Positions 40,596-50,039 of a DNA stretch of 64,000 nucleotides are shown piece by piece. Both the position numbers and the translations under genes were made by a program. Each line of letters begins with the position of its first letter. The stretch's first letter is position 1. Origin of the DNA: a virus; IMG/VR virus record IMGVR_UViG_3300036715_000875, positions 1-64,000 of that record; one strand, given 5' to 3'. Below the pieces are notes generated by a model. That model did no database searches, was not told the origin of the DNA, and saw nothing but the letters and a program-made list of their open reading frames with translations.

Positions 40596-40884
40596 GAAAA
40601 CCTATAGAAGAACTGTTGGAGATACCTACATTCTAAAAGCTACATTTACTATCGCAGGAACCCCGGTTGACTTAACCGGCTATAGCCTAGCGTTTAACTA
40701 TAAGAATTCAAAAGTAGGTGGAACTATAGCTGGAGTAGTTACTGGAACTGGTACTGGAGAGTTTACACCATCAGCTTTAGACTTTCTAGACCCTGGAGAG
40801 TATAAGTTTAATATCAAGGCTACTAAAGGTACAGAGATCACTACTTATCTAAAAGGTAGGTTAATTCTGGAAGAGGACCTATAA
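40588..40884 (+). CDS. BppU-N-like Ig-fold virion adaptor
   Basis: GDT.......GTPVDLTG ... G.Y...I pattern; SD GGAGG before TTG 40588. Confidence 0.6.
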   Translation: MAEKTYRRTVGDTYILKATFTIAGTPVDLTGYSLAFNYKNSKVGGTIAGVVTGTGTGEFTPSALDFLDPGEYKFNIKATKGTEITTYLKGRLILEEDL

Positions 40885-42872
40885 TGGATGTTTCGGGCTG
40901 GGAAATCGTAGAGCAAGAAAAGTGTAAGCTTATCTATGCTCAATTTTTTGATGGGGTTCAATGTTTTGATTCTGGGCTTGGAAGGCTTCATATAGCTACA
41001 CCAGATTTTGAGTTTAATACATATGACCCAGTGCTTAAGAAGCTAACTACCAAAACCTATTCTATTTATCCTGTCACACCTTCTGATCTTAACTATATCC
41101 AAAGACCTCTATTATTGCTTAACATAGATATGAGTATCTCTGGTCTAGTAGTTAAACTCACAGCTGATGCCTATGAAAAAACTAGGATTATACCTCTATT
41201 CTACTTAACCTCTTGTAATACAACGAACTATGATGGGCTTAATATCTGTCTAGCTATATATCAAGAAGAATTAGTCACATCAGTATCATTTGAAGCCGGT
41301 AGAATAGATTTTTTGTCTTCATCTGTTTTTAAGTATACAGACGTAAAAAATGTGGCCCATTTGTACCGCCTTAAAGACAATGGAAAGAATATTATCGTGT
41401 ATGACATACCAGATAATTTTTCAAATATATATTACTTTCCAGCCGCATACTACGTAGAGAAGCTTCCACCAGAGGTAGAAAGAGCCATAAGGCATAACTA
41501 TAAGTATGCTAAGCCTTATAAGACCTATGATATGTCTATTTTCCCTTGTACATATACAGGTAGCTCTACTAGATACCTATTTAACTCAAATATAGAGTAT
41601 ATAAAAGATTCTAATAATATATGGAGATTTATACTAAGGCTATATACAGAGAGCTATACTATGGTTGATAATAGATTATCACTATCTGTTATCTTAAGAG
41701 ACTCCGTAACTGGGCTATATAGAGTTGAGACTTATGCTTATGACTTCTTTACTTGGAAGAACCCTATAGACTTAGAAGCTTTAAGTGAAACAATTGATTC
41801 TAAATTTGGGTCTAGAGAGTTTTCTGGAATTATTGGCCCAGCGCAGTGTAAGGCTTACTTTATGGAGTATTTTAAAGACCCAGTACTATTAGAGGCTGTG
41901 TTTAAAGAAACAGTTGAAGTCCCCTCATATGGGTTTCCTACTTGCCCAAATGTAGCTACATATGACATAACTGTTTGTGAATGTACTGGAGGAAACCTTT
42001 GCTGGGATAAGTTTGTTTTACCTTGTGAAGAGTGTAACCCAGATACAGGTGTAATAAAGGATACTTGTACTGCTCCAGCTCGCTGTACTATATTTGACTG
42101 TCATACTAATGCTACACATTATGCTTGTATTTGTGGGTCAGAATTTGGTATAGACACATTTCCAGCTGTGCAAGCTACGTTCTTAACACCTAGTTGTAAA
42201 ATGATCAAATATGATAGATATATCTTAACTAGAGATGGTGATGTTAAAGGTCATGTTAGTTTGGCTGAACTACTACCTGCATCTGAAATGGGCATAATGA
42301 GTGGGCCATGGCTAAGGTTCTTTAATATTTATGATCTTATACCAGGAAATAAGTATGACTATGATGGGGTGACAAAGACTGTAGATCAGCTAGTATTTCT
42401 AGCTCTAAAATACCTAAAGGTAGACTTTATAGAAGTCCCAGCTAATAAGACTACTTGGAATAATCCACTTAGAGGCTATGTCACTTTAGATGATTTGCTC
42501 TCATCAGACTATATAGATATAAGCTACGAAGAGGTTATAGCCATGATACCTGGTGCAGGTAGCATGAAACTAGACTGGGGTACACAGCACTGGGATTCTA
42601 AGGGGGCATATACAGTACAAGGCCAGCCTTGTATGTACCAGAGTGTTACTATAACTGTAACTAAAGCTGGGTCTGTAACTCACGCGTATAATAGTATTCA
42701 AGGCTTTTACTTTATCTACCCTATGGTCACGGTACAACCAACAGCTCATGAAGCTATTCTAGCCTACTCAGAATATTGTGAAAAAGTTAAATGGCTAGGT
42801 CATCAAGATGCCTATACCTTTGCACTATATAAAGATACTATTTCTAAATCAGCCACGAGCCTAGAAATCTAG
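40884..42872 (+). CDS. Cys/Tyr-rich hypothetical protein (662 aa)
   Basis: Long ORF with a central cluster of 11 Cys. Confidence 0.65.
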   Translation: MDVSGWEIVEQEKCKLIYAQFFDGVQCFDSGLGRLHIATPDFEFNTYDPVLKKLTTKTYSIYPVTPSDLNYIQRPLLLLNIDMSISGLVVKLTADAYEKTRIIPLFYLTSCNTTNYDGLNICLAIYQEELVTSVSFEAGRIDFLSSSVFKYTDVKNVAHLYRLKDNGKNIIVYDIPDNFSNIYYFPAAYYVEKLPPEVERAIRHNYKYAKPYKTYDMSIFPCTYTGSSTRYLFNSNIEYIKDSNNIWRFILRLYTESYTMVDNRLSLSVILRDSVTGLYRVETYAYDFFTWKNPIDLEALSETIDSKFGSREFSGIIGPAQCKAYFMEYFKDPVLLEAVFKETVEVPSYGFPTCPNVATYDITVCECTGGNLCWDKFVLPCEECNPDTGVIKDTCTAPARCTIFDCHTNATHYACICGSEFGIDTFPAVQATFLTPSCKMIKYDRYILTRDGDVKGHVSLAELLPASEMGIMSGPWLRFFNIYDLIPGNKYDYDGVTKTVDQLVFLALKYLKVDFIEVPANKTTWNNPLRGYVTLDDLLSSDYIDISYEEVIAMIPGAGSMKLDWGTQHWDSKGAYTVQGQPCMYQSVTITVTKAGSVTHAYNSIQGFYFIYPMVTVQPTAHEAILAYSEYCEKVKWLGHQDAYTFALYKDTISKSATSLEI

Positions 42873-44792
42873 GTCTCCGTGAGATATGTAGATAAGCTGC
42901 ATATCAGTTGACTTAAGTATATCTAAGAGTAGAGACTCTTTAACGCTATCAAATGAAGCGGCTATTTCATCAAGCATCATCGTGTTGAAGTCTCCGAGTC
43001 TAGATATTTGAGCTACCGCTAAACGAAGCGCAAAGTTAACAGAATCTTCTTCAGAACCGCTATATAGGTCATAGTTTTCAATACTATAGTCTTTATTAAT
43101 TTGGACATGAGTAAATTTCCCTTCTGTTAAATAAGACATAATTTTACTGACGTTATCAGTCAATAGTGGAACTATGTTATCTGAGAACTCTTTACGATAA
43201 GCATCAATAAACTTAACTAGCCGGGACTGTTCAATTATTAAAGTTTCTTTATCTAAGAAATCTTTATAGTATTGGTCATGAATAGCCTGAGCTCTAAGCT
43301 GAGCTTCTAGCGCTTTACCCTTAATAAGGATAGAGTCATTAACTTCTACTAGTCTAGCTTTAAAACTTTGAAGGTCAACTTTAATAGGCTCTTCTGTTAC
43401 TTCAGAGTACTCTTCTAGTTTTTTAAATCTAGATACTCTTTCACGTAAATTAGATAGCTCTGTCTCAAGACTATGAATATCCACAGCTTCAATGTACTCA
43501 ACACTAGCTATATCAGCTAGCCTATCAAGATAAGGTTTTAGTGTAACAACTTTAATAGCCTCTTCTACATCTAAGTCCTTACCTAGAGGTAGTTCCTGTA
43601 CACGGGCTGATAGATTAAACTTATCTTGCTGAGCTATCTGTTCTGTAACCTTAGCCTGGAGCTCTTCAATATCTTTAGCTAGAATAGCTATTCTAGTTCT
43701 AGTCTTTTTAATATCTGGCATATCTTGGCCACATGAGCTACAAGTATCTGGACTATTAACCAACTGCTTATGCTCTCTAGTCATAGCCGTTAAGGATTCT
43801 TTTGCTTTAACTAACTTATCTCCATGATTCATAGCTATAACATTAGCTACTAAATCTAGGTCAGATTGCAATAAATTGTTATGTTTTAGTATACTTTTGT
43901 GATTCATTAGGTCTTGTATAGAATACTTGAAATATTCTTCGAGTACATTTATACCAGCTGTTTTTTTCAATAATATCTCTTTTTCATCAAAAAGTTTATT
44001 ATTAGCTTCAGCTTGTATAGATACTCTTAACTTAGCCTCTTCTTCAAGTATCTTAGTTTCAGTGTCTTCTAAAGTAGAGTGTTCTGGAATCAAACTAAGT
44101 AGGACTTGCTTCTTGTTCCACTGAGCAAGTTGAGTCTGGTATATAGCGTCTTGACCAACTAAAACTGTCAAGTCTTGGGATAGTGTATCATGTACTATTT
44201 TCAAGTCATCAAGTTCTTCAGTTAACTTAATAATAGTATCCTCAGAGTAAATAGCTTCATCGAGTTTATTCTTAAGACTAGATACTTCAGCCTTATTGAA
44301 CTTAATACTCTCGCTTACTGTTTTCTTTAGGGTATCAAGAATATCAATACGTAAAAGCTTCTCAACACGCTTAGTTCGCTCCATAGGAGAGAGCCCTGCA
44401 AAGCTATCAACGTCTTTTTGCCCAATATAAAATGATGTTTTAAAGAGCTCTGGTACTAGACCGTACCGCTGCTCTACCCATTCGTTAATACCAGTATGGC
44501 CACGAGCAATAATATTACCTTCAAGGTCAGATACTGTTTGCTTATTAGTATGGCGGCTAATAATATACTCGTCAAGATATAGGTCAACCCCACCATTGGT
44601 TTCATCGTTTCTTATCCATGCGTTACTTTTGCCCTTCTGAACTGAGCTTCCTTGTAAAGCATAAGCAATAGCTTCAACTATAGTACTCTTCCCTGTACCA
44701 TTTCTACCCTGTATAACATGAAGCCGTGGATTAAATTCAACAGTCTTAGTACCAAACTGTCTATAATTATATAAGTCAATTTTGTGTATCAT
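42861..44792 (-). CDS. sbcC: SbcC/Rad50-like ATPase
   Basis: GRNGTGKS Walker A, CSSC zinc hook, YSGSE signature, MLDE Walker B, ISH. Confidence 0.92.
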   Translation of the reverse strand: MIHKIDLYNYRQFGTKTVEFNPRLHVIQGRNGTGKSTIVEAIAYALQGSSVQKGKSNAWIRNDETNGGVDLYLDEYIISRHTNKQTVSDLEGNIIARGHTGINEWVEQRYGLVPELFKTSFYIGQKDVDSFAGLSPMERTKRVEKLLRIDILDTLKKTVSESIKFNKAEVSSLKNKLDEAIYSEDTIIKLTEELDDLKIVHDTLSQDLTVLVGQDAIYQTQLAQWNKKQVLLSLIPEHSTLEDTETKILEEEAKLRVSIQAEANNKLFDEKEILLKKTAGINVLEEYFKYSIQDLMNHKSILKHNNLLQSDLDLVANVIAMNHGDKLVKAKESLTAMTREHKQLVNSPDTCSSCGQDMPDIKKTRTRIAILAKDIEELQAKVTEQIAQQDKFNLSARVQELPLGKDLDVEEAIKVVTLKPYLDRLADIASVEYIEAVDIHSLETELSNLRERVSRFKKLEEYSEVTEEPIKVDLQSFKARLVEVNDSILIKGKALEAQLRAQAIHDQYYKDFLDKETLIIEQSRLVKFIDAYRKEFSDNIVPLLTDNVSKIMSYLTEGKFTHVQINKDYSIENYDLYSGSEEDSVNFALRLAVAQISRLGDFNTMMLDEIAASFDSVKESLLLDILKSTDMQLIYISHGDLDF

Positions 44793-45699
44793 TTATAAAC
44801 CCTTCTAACATTTGCTCACTGAATCCTGCCTCAATGGCTGCTTTTGTAAAGTCTGCTAAGATATCAATCTTAAGGTCTTTACTCTCCATTTGAATATCAT
44901 CAATAGATACTTCTTTGGCTGTTTTAATATAGTATGCTTTAGACTCATCTATAATAACTGGCTCTTCACGTAGAAGAAGAACATCACAAGTAGATTCATC
45001 AGTACCTACTCCGTGATTTATATCTTTAAGACCTTCGCCAATTACATAGTAAGCCTTCTTACCAAGTTCAGCTATAGTCATAGGCATAATAGCACCAAGG
45101 TGAATAAACCCTTGTTCATCATGAAAAGTATGTTCATGCCCAGATAAGATCAGCATACCCTTCTTTTCAAACTTATTGAATAAGGCAGCTGGCATTGCGT
45201 TATCCATTTCATTACCCCAATCAGCCCAGTTACAGTGAAGACAGAGAATATCTCCCTCTTTACCCTGCTCTAGAGCATCTTGTAGAATACTTTCAAAGAG
45301 CTCTTGTGTGTCGCACCAGCCAATGCCATAGACATTAATAGCCACTTTATCTGGTACAAACATATGAGCCAGTTTATTTTTTGATACAATACAAACGTTT
45401 GGAAGCGTGGCTAGCTTTTCAAAGGCATACTCTCTCTCAACCTTAGGACGGTCATGGTTACCTTCAAGTATCCATACATTTGGTACATTAATAATAGTAG
45501 CAATAAACCTACCATAACTAAGGCTATCAGGATTTGCAGTATCAAATACATCACCCAGTAGTGTAAGTCTATCTGGCTTTTCTTGTTTAATAATCCCTGC
45601 AAGAATATCAAGAGGTTTATTATTCCAAATTTCTGGATTTCCATAGGTCACCTTTCGCTTTTTATCACAGTGTAGATCAGCTACAAAAATACTTTTCAT
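44776..45699 (-). CDS. sbcD: SbcD/Mre11-like nuclease
   Basis: ADLH, GDVFD, GNHD, SGHEH metallophosphoesterase motifs. Confidence 0.9.
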   Translation of the reverse strand: MKSIFVADLHCDKKRKVTYGNPEIWNNKPLDILAGIIKQEKPDRLTLLGDVFDTANPDSLSYGRFIATIINVPNVWILEGNHDRPKVEREYAFEKLATLPNVCIVSKNKLAHMFVPDKVAINVYGIGWCDTQELFESILQDALEQGKEGDILCLHCNWADWGNEMDNAMPAALFNKFEKKGMLILSGHEHTFHDEQGFIHLGAIMPMTIAELGKKAYYVIGEGLKDINHGVGTDESTCDVLLLREEPVIIDESKAYYIKTAKEVSIDDIQMESKDLKIDILADFTKAAIEAGFSEQMLEGFINDTQN

Positions 45700-46157
45700 C
45701 AGTGTCTCCAAAATTCAAATTTTATTTCATACTTATACTTAGCCAGCTCTTCCCATTTCCATGATGCAGCTGGTGACTTAAACTTATCCATAACTATAGA
45801 GAATGGTACAAAGTACCAAGATTGTGTAGGAAGGTGGTGGAGGATAAACATACTTCTCCACCCAGCCTTAATATAGCGCATAGCAAAACCAAGCTGAGAG
45901 CCAGATATGTTCTTTAATGGAAATCGTATAAGGTCTACTGAAGATTTAACTTCAACTAGCCAGGGCTGACTTCTCCAAGTAATATAGTAATCACTAGGAG
46001 CTGGCTGTACTAGATTACGAGCATCAGAAGAGTCAGTGAATCTACCATAGATAAACTCATGATTAGCTTCCATAATACATTTTAGATGGGCTAAATACTC
46101 TTTTTCAGAAGGCTTACCGTTATTTTTTGACATACTCATACTCCAGGTAGCTACCAC
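45699..46157 (-). CDS. RecU-like Holliday junction resolvase
   Basis: G..SE, PSDY, EVKS, Q PD-(D/E)xK motifs; real start probably a downstream Met (MSKNNGK). Confidence 0.75.
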   Translation of the reverse strand: MVATWSMSMSKNNGKPSEKEYLAHLKCIMEANHEFIYGRFTDSSDARNLVQPAPSDYYITWRSQPWLVEVKSSVDLIRFPLKNISGSQLGFAMRYIKAGWRSMFILHHLPTQSWYFVPFSIVMDKFKSPAASWKWEELAKYKYEIKFEFWRH

Positions 46158-46575
46158 AGTCTATATTGTTAGCTAACTCATAACCATTTAAAAAGTCAAC
46201 CGGAAACGTATACCCTGAATTAAGTTTAGCCATAGCTTGATGGATAATAAGTTTAGCTGGAGAATATTTTTTAAATGTCTCAACGCCTCCAAAATTAACT
46301 TCAATAGCTAGTGGACTAAGATCATCCAGCGGATTAACTGAGGCTACATTTTTAAACCCGTAGATTCTATCATACGTAGGAACATACCAAGTCTTAGCTA
46401 AAGCTAACAACTTTGGGAACTTAGAGATAGTCATAAATGTGCTATACCCCACAAGAACTGTTTTACCTGTAATGAACTCTTTTACCCACTGCTTATCTTT
46501 AGCTGGACCCCAAGAGACGTCTCCAGTATCATCTGCACAAAACCAGTCACTACTAACTAGCATAATTCCAATCAT
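46120..46575 (-). CDS. dihydrofolate reductase-like protein
   Basis: W.P..D...(V)K....K.VLVG..TF and FGG motifs. Confidence 0.75.
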   Translation of the reverse strand: MIGIMLVSSDWFCADDTGDVSWGPAKDKQWVKEFITGKTVLVGYSTFMTISKFPKLLALAKTWYVPTYDRIYGFKNVASVNPLDDLSPLAIEVNFGGVETFKKYSPAKLIIHQAMAKLNSGYTFPVDFLNGYELANNIDCGSYLEYEYVKK

Positions 46576-46880
46576 ATCTTATCCTTACCTTGGGGAAACT
46601 CTACCCCAAATTTATGTTTCAAGACTATGACAATAGCCTTGAACTGTTCGCGTTGTTCTAGAGTTGGGCTCTTAAGATGAATACCTTTTTTCCAAGCGTC
46701 AGCTAATCGCCACTGTTCAATAAACTCATACTCACTAACTAAAGGGTTACTTTTATAGGCCGCTGGAATTCCTGTACCTTTTAGTGTGCTAAAGTTAAGA
46801 GTACTTTTAAATGAAGTTTCCTCTTTAATCTCTTTAGTAGTCTTTAGACCAGACAAGTTGATCTTTCTACCTTCTAGCAT
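46572..46880 (-). CDS. hypothetical protein
   Basis: Coupled ORF with SD AAGGAG. Confidence 0.6.
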   Translation of the reverse strand: MLEGRKINLSGLKTTKEIKEETSFKSTLNFSTLKGTGIPAAYKSNPLVSEYEFIEQWRLADAWKKGIHLKSPTLEQREQFKAIVIVLKHKFGVEFPQGKDKI

Positions 46881-47275
46881 GTTATCTCCTTAACGTCAAT
46901 GAACTTCTTACAATGTAATAATACCATAGGTTCTTTCACTAATCCTCTAAAGATTATTTTCTGAACCCCAAATTGGACTAAATGCTTAGCGCAGTTTTCG
47001 CAAGGGAAATAGTTAATATACAAGGTTGAACCTTGTATATCATTAATATCTCTGGCATTAGCTATGCCATTCATCTCTGCATGTATCACCCGCCAATGCT
47101 CAGTCTTACCTTCAGAATCTTCACAGCAGTTGCTATCGCCTTTGATAGTGCCATTAACTCCTGTAGCGATTATATGATTATCCTTGACAAATATAGCCGC
47201 TACTTGTTTCTTTTTACAATGAGACTGAGTAGCAAAAATATCTACTAAGTCTAACCAAAATAAATCGCCCCACAT
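46874..47275 (-). CDS. dCMP deaminase family protein
   Basis: HAEMN and PCENC zinc motifs; TGVNG. Confidence 0.92.
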   Translation of the reverse strand: MWGDLFWLDLVDIFATQSHCKKKQVAAIFVKDNHIIATGVNGTIKGDSNCCEDSEGKTEHWRVIHAEMNGIANARDINDIQGSTLYINYFPCENCAKHLVQFGVQKIIFRGLVKEPMVLLHCKKFIDVKEITC

Positions 47276-47277
47276 AT

Positions 47278-48114
47278 TTACTGAACTACTTCTGGCTTAG
47301 GATTCCAGTCATTAGGCTTATAAGTTAACATAGCATTAGAAGTGACACTAGCTACAAATAGATCTGGATATAAGCGAGCGTCTTCAATAGTATCCATAAA
47401 GGATACTGTCTCATTAGCTTTATTATATGGTGTTATGAGCATTTGACTACACATAACATAGTGATTCTCATAGATATGAGCGTGTGCTATAGCATAAGAT
47501 AGCACTCCTACTTGAACCTCTAGTGAGTTAGCAAGTAACTTTCCTAGTAGCGTATACATTAAAAAGTCATAAGGTAGTCCAACGATAATATCATTTGATC
47601 TTAGGGTTAAATGGATATTTAGTTTTCCATCGATAATATTAATCACCGCTGTATAAGGACAAGGTACGTTCTTAACTGGAATAACATTATCTCTACTTGC
47701 ATCCCAGCTCATTAACACTTGCTGACGAGATGAAGGGTCAGCTTTCAATTTATCAATGATATTAGCGATTTGATCTACTCCAAAGGCATGCTGCCATCTA
47801 TAGCCATAAGCTGTAGAAATAGTCCCAGGGTTATTATCATCTTCAAACATTTTCCAGATACCCGTGTACTTACTAATCCACTCTGTAGACTGTTCGCCAC
47901 TAAGCATCCAAGCTACTTCTGCAGCTCCTGTCTTTACAAAACTTTTTCTCAAGTGTAGTAAAGGATAGAAGTCCATATCCCACTTAAAGAACATTCCATG
48001 AAACGCTATAACATTTGTACCAGTTCGTTCATTAAATTGAGAAGTCCCATTATTTAGGACTCCATTAATAGCTTCTAAATAAAGCTCATCAAAATATGTG
48101 TGTACCTTGTACAT
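47278..48114 (-). CDS. thymidylate synthase-family enzyme, probable dCMP (hydroxy)methylase
   Basis: RTGT, E..W.L.G, YG.RW, catalytic PC, RSND, HAHIY; GLPYD where ThyA has G.PFN. Confidence 0.85.
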   Translation of the reverse strand: MYKVHTYFDELYLEAINGVLNNGTSQFNERTGTNVIAFHGMFFKWDMDFYPLLHLRKSFVKTGAAEVAWMLSGEQSTEWISKYTGIWKMFEDDNNPGTISTAYGYRWQHAFGVDQIANIIDKLKADPSSRQQVLMSWDASRDNVIPVKNVPCPYTAVINIIDGKLNIHLTLRSNDIIVGLPYDFLMYTLLGKLLANSLEVQVGVLSYAIAHAHIYENHYVMCSQMLITPYNKANETVSFMDTIEDARLYPDLFVASVTSNAMLTYKPNDWNPKPEVVQ

Positions 48115-50028
48115 TTAGTTTCCTTTCGACTGATAGCCACTTAAGGCTTTTTCAATTGCATTAGATATACTTCCAGCTTCAGATACTTCTACCTGATCTG
48201 CAAAGTTAATACCGACTGATACTGCAGCTTCTAAAGGTAATGAAAACCCTTTAGGTGTATATTCCATGATTTCTACAATCTTTGGAATATAGAGTTCAGC
48301 CATACTACTCTTCATAGAGAAAACAAATTCGTCATGAATAGGAGCCATAAAAGTTATACCAGAGTTAAAGAGTAATTCTTCATGGTCTAGTGTAGTCATT
48401 GAGAGTTTCATAAGCTCAGAACAGCTACCTTGAACAATTGAGTTAACAACTTTATTCTTGGCCTCAGCTCTAATAGCTTTAATTGGGCTCTGCATCTCAG
48501 GAAGGTGCCTTGTACGTCCAAACATAGTTCTTACGTATAGATTCTGCGTTGCGAATTGAACTTGCTCATTCCAGTAGTCATAGAAGTACTTTGAGTAACC
48601 ATTCTTATGTGCCATCAAGAAAGCTTCAGCTTCAGCTTCATAACAGTTTAGAAGATCAAACTTAGCTAATCGCTTTGGCGATGCCCCATACAATGCAGCA
48701 AAGTTAAGTGTCTTTCCTTTTTGACGAGCTTTCTTAGCGGCGGCATCGCCATTTGCGAGTAGCGCCTTCATCTCATCGTAGCTAACACCTAAGATATTCG
48801 TACCAGAAACGGTATGTAGATCTTTACCTGTATTATAAGCATCGAGTAGCTTAGGGTCTTGTGACAAGTGGCCAGCCATACGTAACTCAATTTGAGACCA
48901 ATCTACTGACACAATAATATCTTCGTCTTTTTCATAGTTAGGGATAAATACCTTACGGACTTTAACACCTTCACCGCGCTTTGAAATCTGCTGAAGATTA
49001 GGAGAACCCATAGAGAATCTTCCAGTAACTGTACCAGTCTGTCTTAACTCAGAGTGGATACGACCATCAGGATAGCGTAAGTTTGGATAGGCTTTATAGT
49101 AAAGCTTCTCTCGAGTCTCAACTGCTTTAGCTTCACCAAGTGCAGCTAACATAGGGTGTTCATGCCCATGGTCTAAGACTAAGTTAAATAAGGTCTCTTT
49201 ATCAGTGCTTGCTTGGCCAGACTTACCAACCTTAACAACCGGTAGCTTCAAGACATTGAATAATAGATGACTAAGTTGCTTAGGACTATTAAGGTTAACA
49301 CCTTGTAAGTCTGGGTGGGCTGATAATAGTTTACGCTCAGTGGCAATGTCAGCTGCTCTAATAGTATCAAGAAGTTCAAAGTCAACATTCTGACCGCTAA
49401 TATAGAGCTTGCTCGCAATAGCTGGAATATCCATTTCAAATGTTTCATAGTAATCCAAGTTAATCTTAGAAGCATATAGATCAAATAGCTTCAGTGTCCA
49501 GGTAGCATCTGACATACCATATTCATAGCCTTCTGCCCCTGTTATATCGGCCATACTTCCATCACCGACAGTCTCTTTATAGGAGGGCATCTCATGATGG
49601 AAAAACCGTTTAACAGAAGGCTTAAGGCCCTGAGCCATATTCTCATTCCAGTTTGTACCCATAACCATAGTATCCCATAGTTTACCTTTGAGTTCATAAC
49701 CGTGAAGCTTAAGTAGTGTGTACTCAAATGAGAAGTTGTGTGCAATCCATTCTTGTGATTTGTTGTTATCAAGAATTAGAGGAAGGTAATCATAACTTAA
49801 GTCTCCGTCTTTATGAGCGAAGTTAAAGTACATTTCAATACCAGAACGTGTAGCGAGCTGTAAGCTTGCAATAGCAGAGTTAATACGATTAAGAGGTTTA
49901 GTCTTCTCAGTACAGTTGTGAAACCAATCTAGCTTTGTGAATGTTTCAAGGTCGATAGACCAGATTTCTTCTGGGCTATCTTTAAGGATTGCTAAGGCCT
50001 CGTTTATATTCGAGCTTGTTACCAGCAT
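48115..50028 (-). CDS. family A DNA polymerase
   Basis: DLET 3'-5' exo motif, TGRFS..PNLQ, DWSQIELR, K.LNFA.LYG, IHDE. Confidence 0.96.
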   Translation of the reverse strand: MLVTSSNINEALAILKDSPEEIWSIDLETFTKLDWFHNCTEKTKPLNRINSAIASLQLATRSGIEMYFNFAHKDGDLSYDYLPLILDNNKSQEWIAHNFSFEYTLLKLHGYELKGKLWDTMVMGTNWNENMAQGLKPSVKRFFHHEMPSYKETVGDGSMADITGAEGYEYGMSDATWTLKLFDLYASKINLDYYETFEMDIPAIASKLYISGQNVDFELLDTIRAADIATERKLLSAHPDLQGVNLNSPKQLSHLLFNVLKLPVVKVGKSGQASTDKETLFNLVLDHGHEHPMLAALGEAKAVETREKLYYKAYPNLRYPDGRIHSELRQTGTVTGRFSMGSPNLQQISKRGEGVKVRKVFIPNYEKDEDIIVSVDWSQIELRMAGHLSQDPKLLDAYNTGKDLHTVSGTNILGVSYDEMKALLANGDAAAKKARQKGKTLNFAALYGASPKRLAKFDLLNCYEAEAEAFLMAHKNGYSKYFYDYWNEQVQFATQNLYVRTMFGRTRHLPEMQSPIKAIRAEAKNKVVNSIVQGSCSELMKLSMTTLDHEELLFNSGITFMAPIHDEFVFSMKSSMAELYIPKIVEIMEYTPKGFSLPLEAAVSVGINFADQVEVSEAGSISNAIEKALSGYQSKGN

Positions 50029-50039
50029 TATAGTACCTT

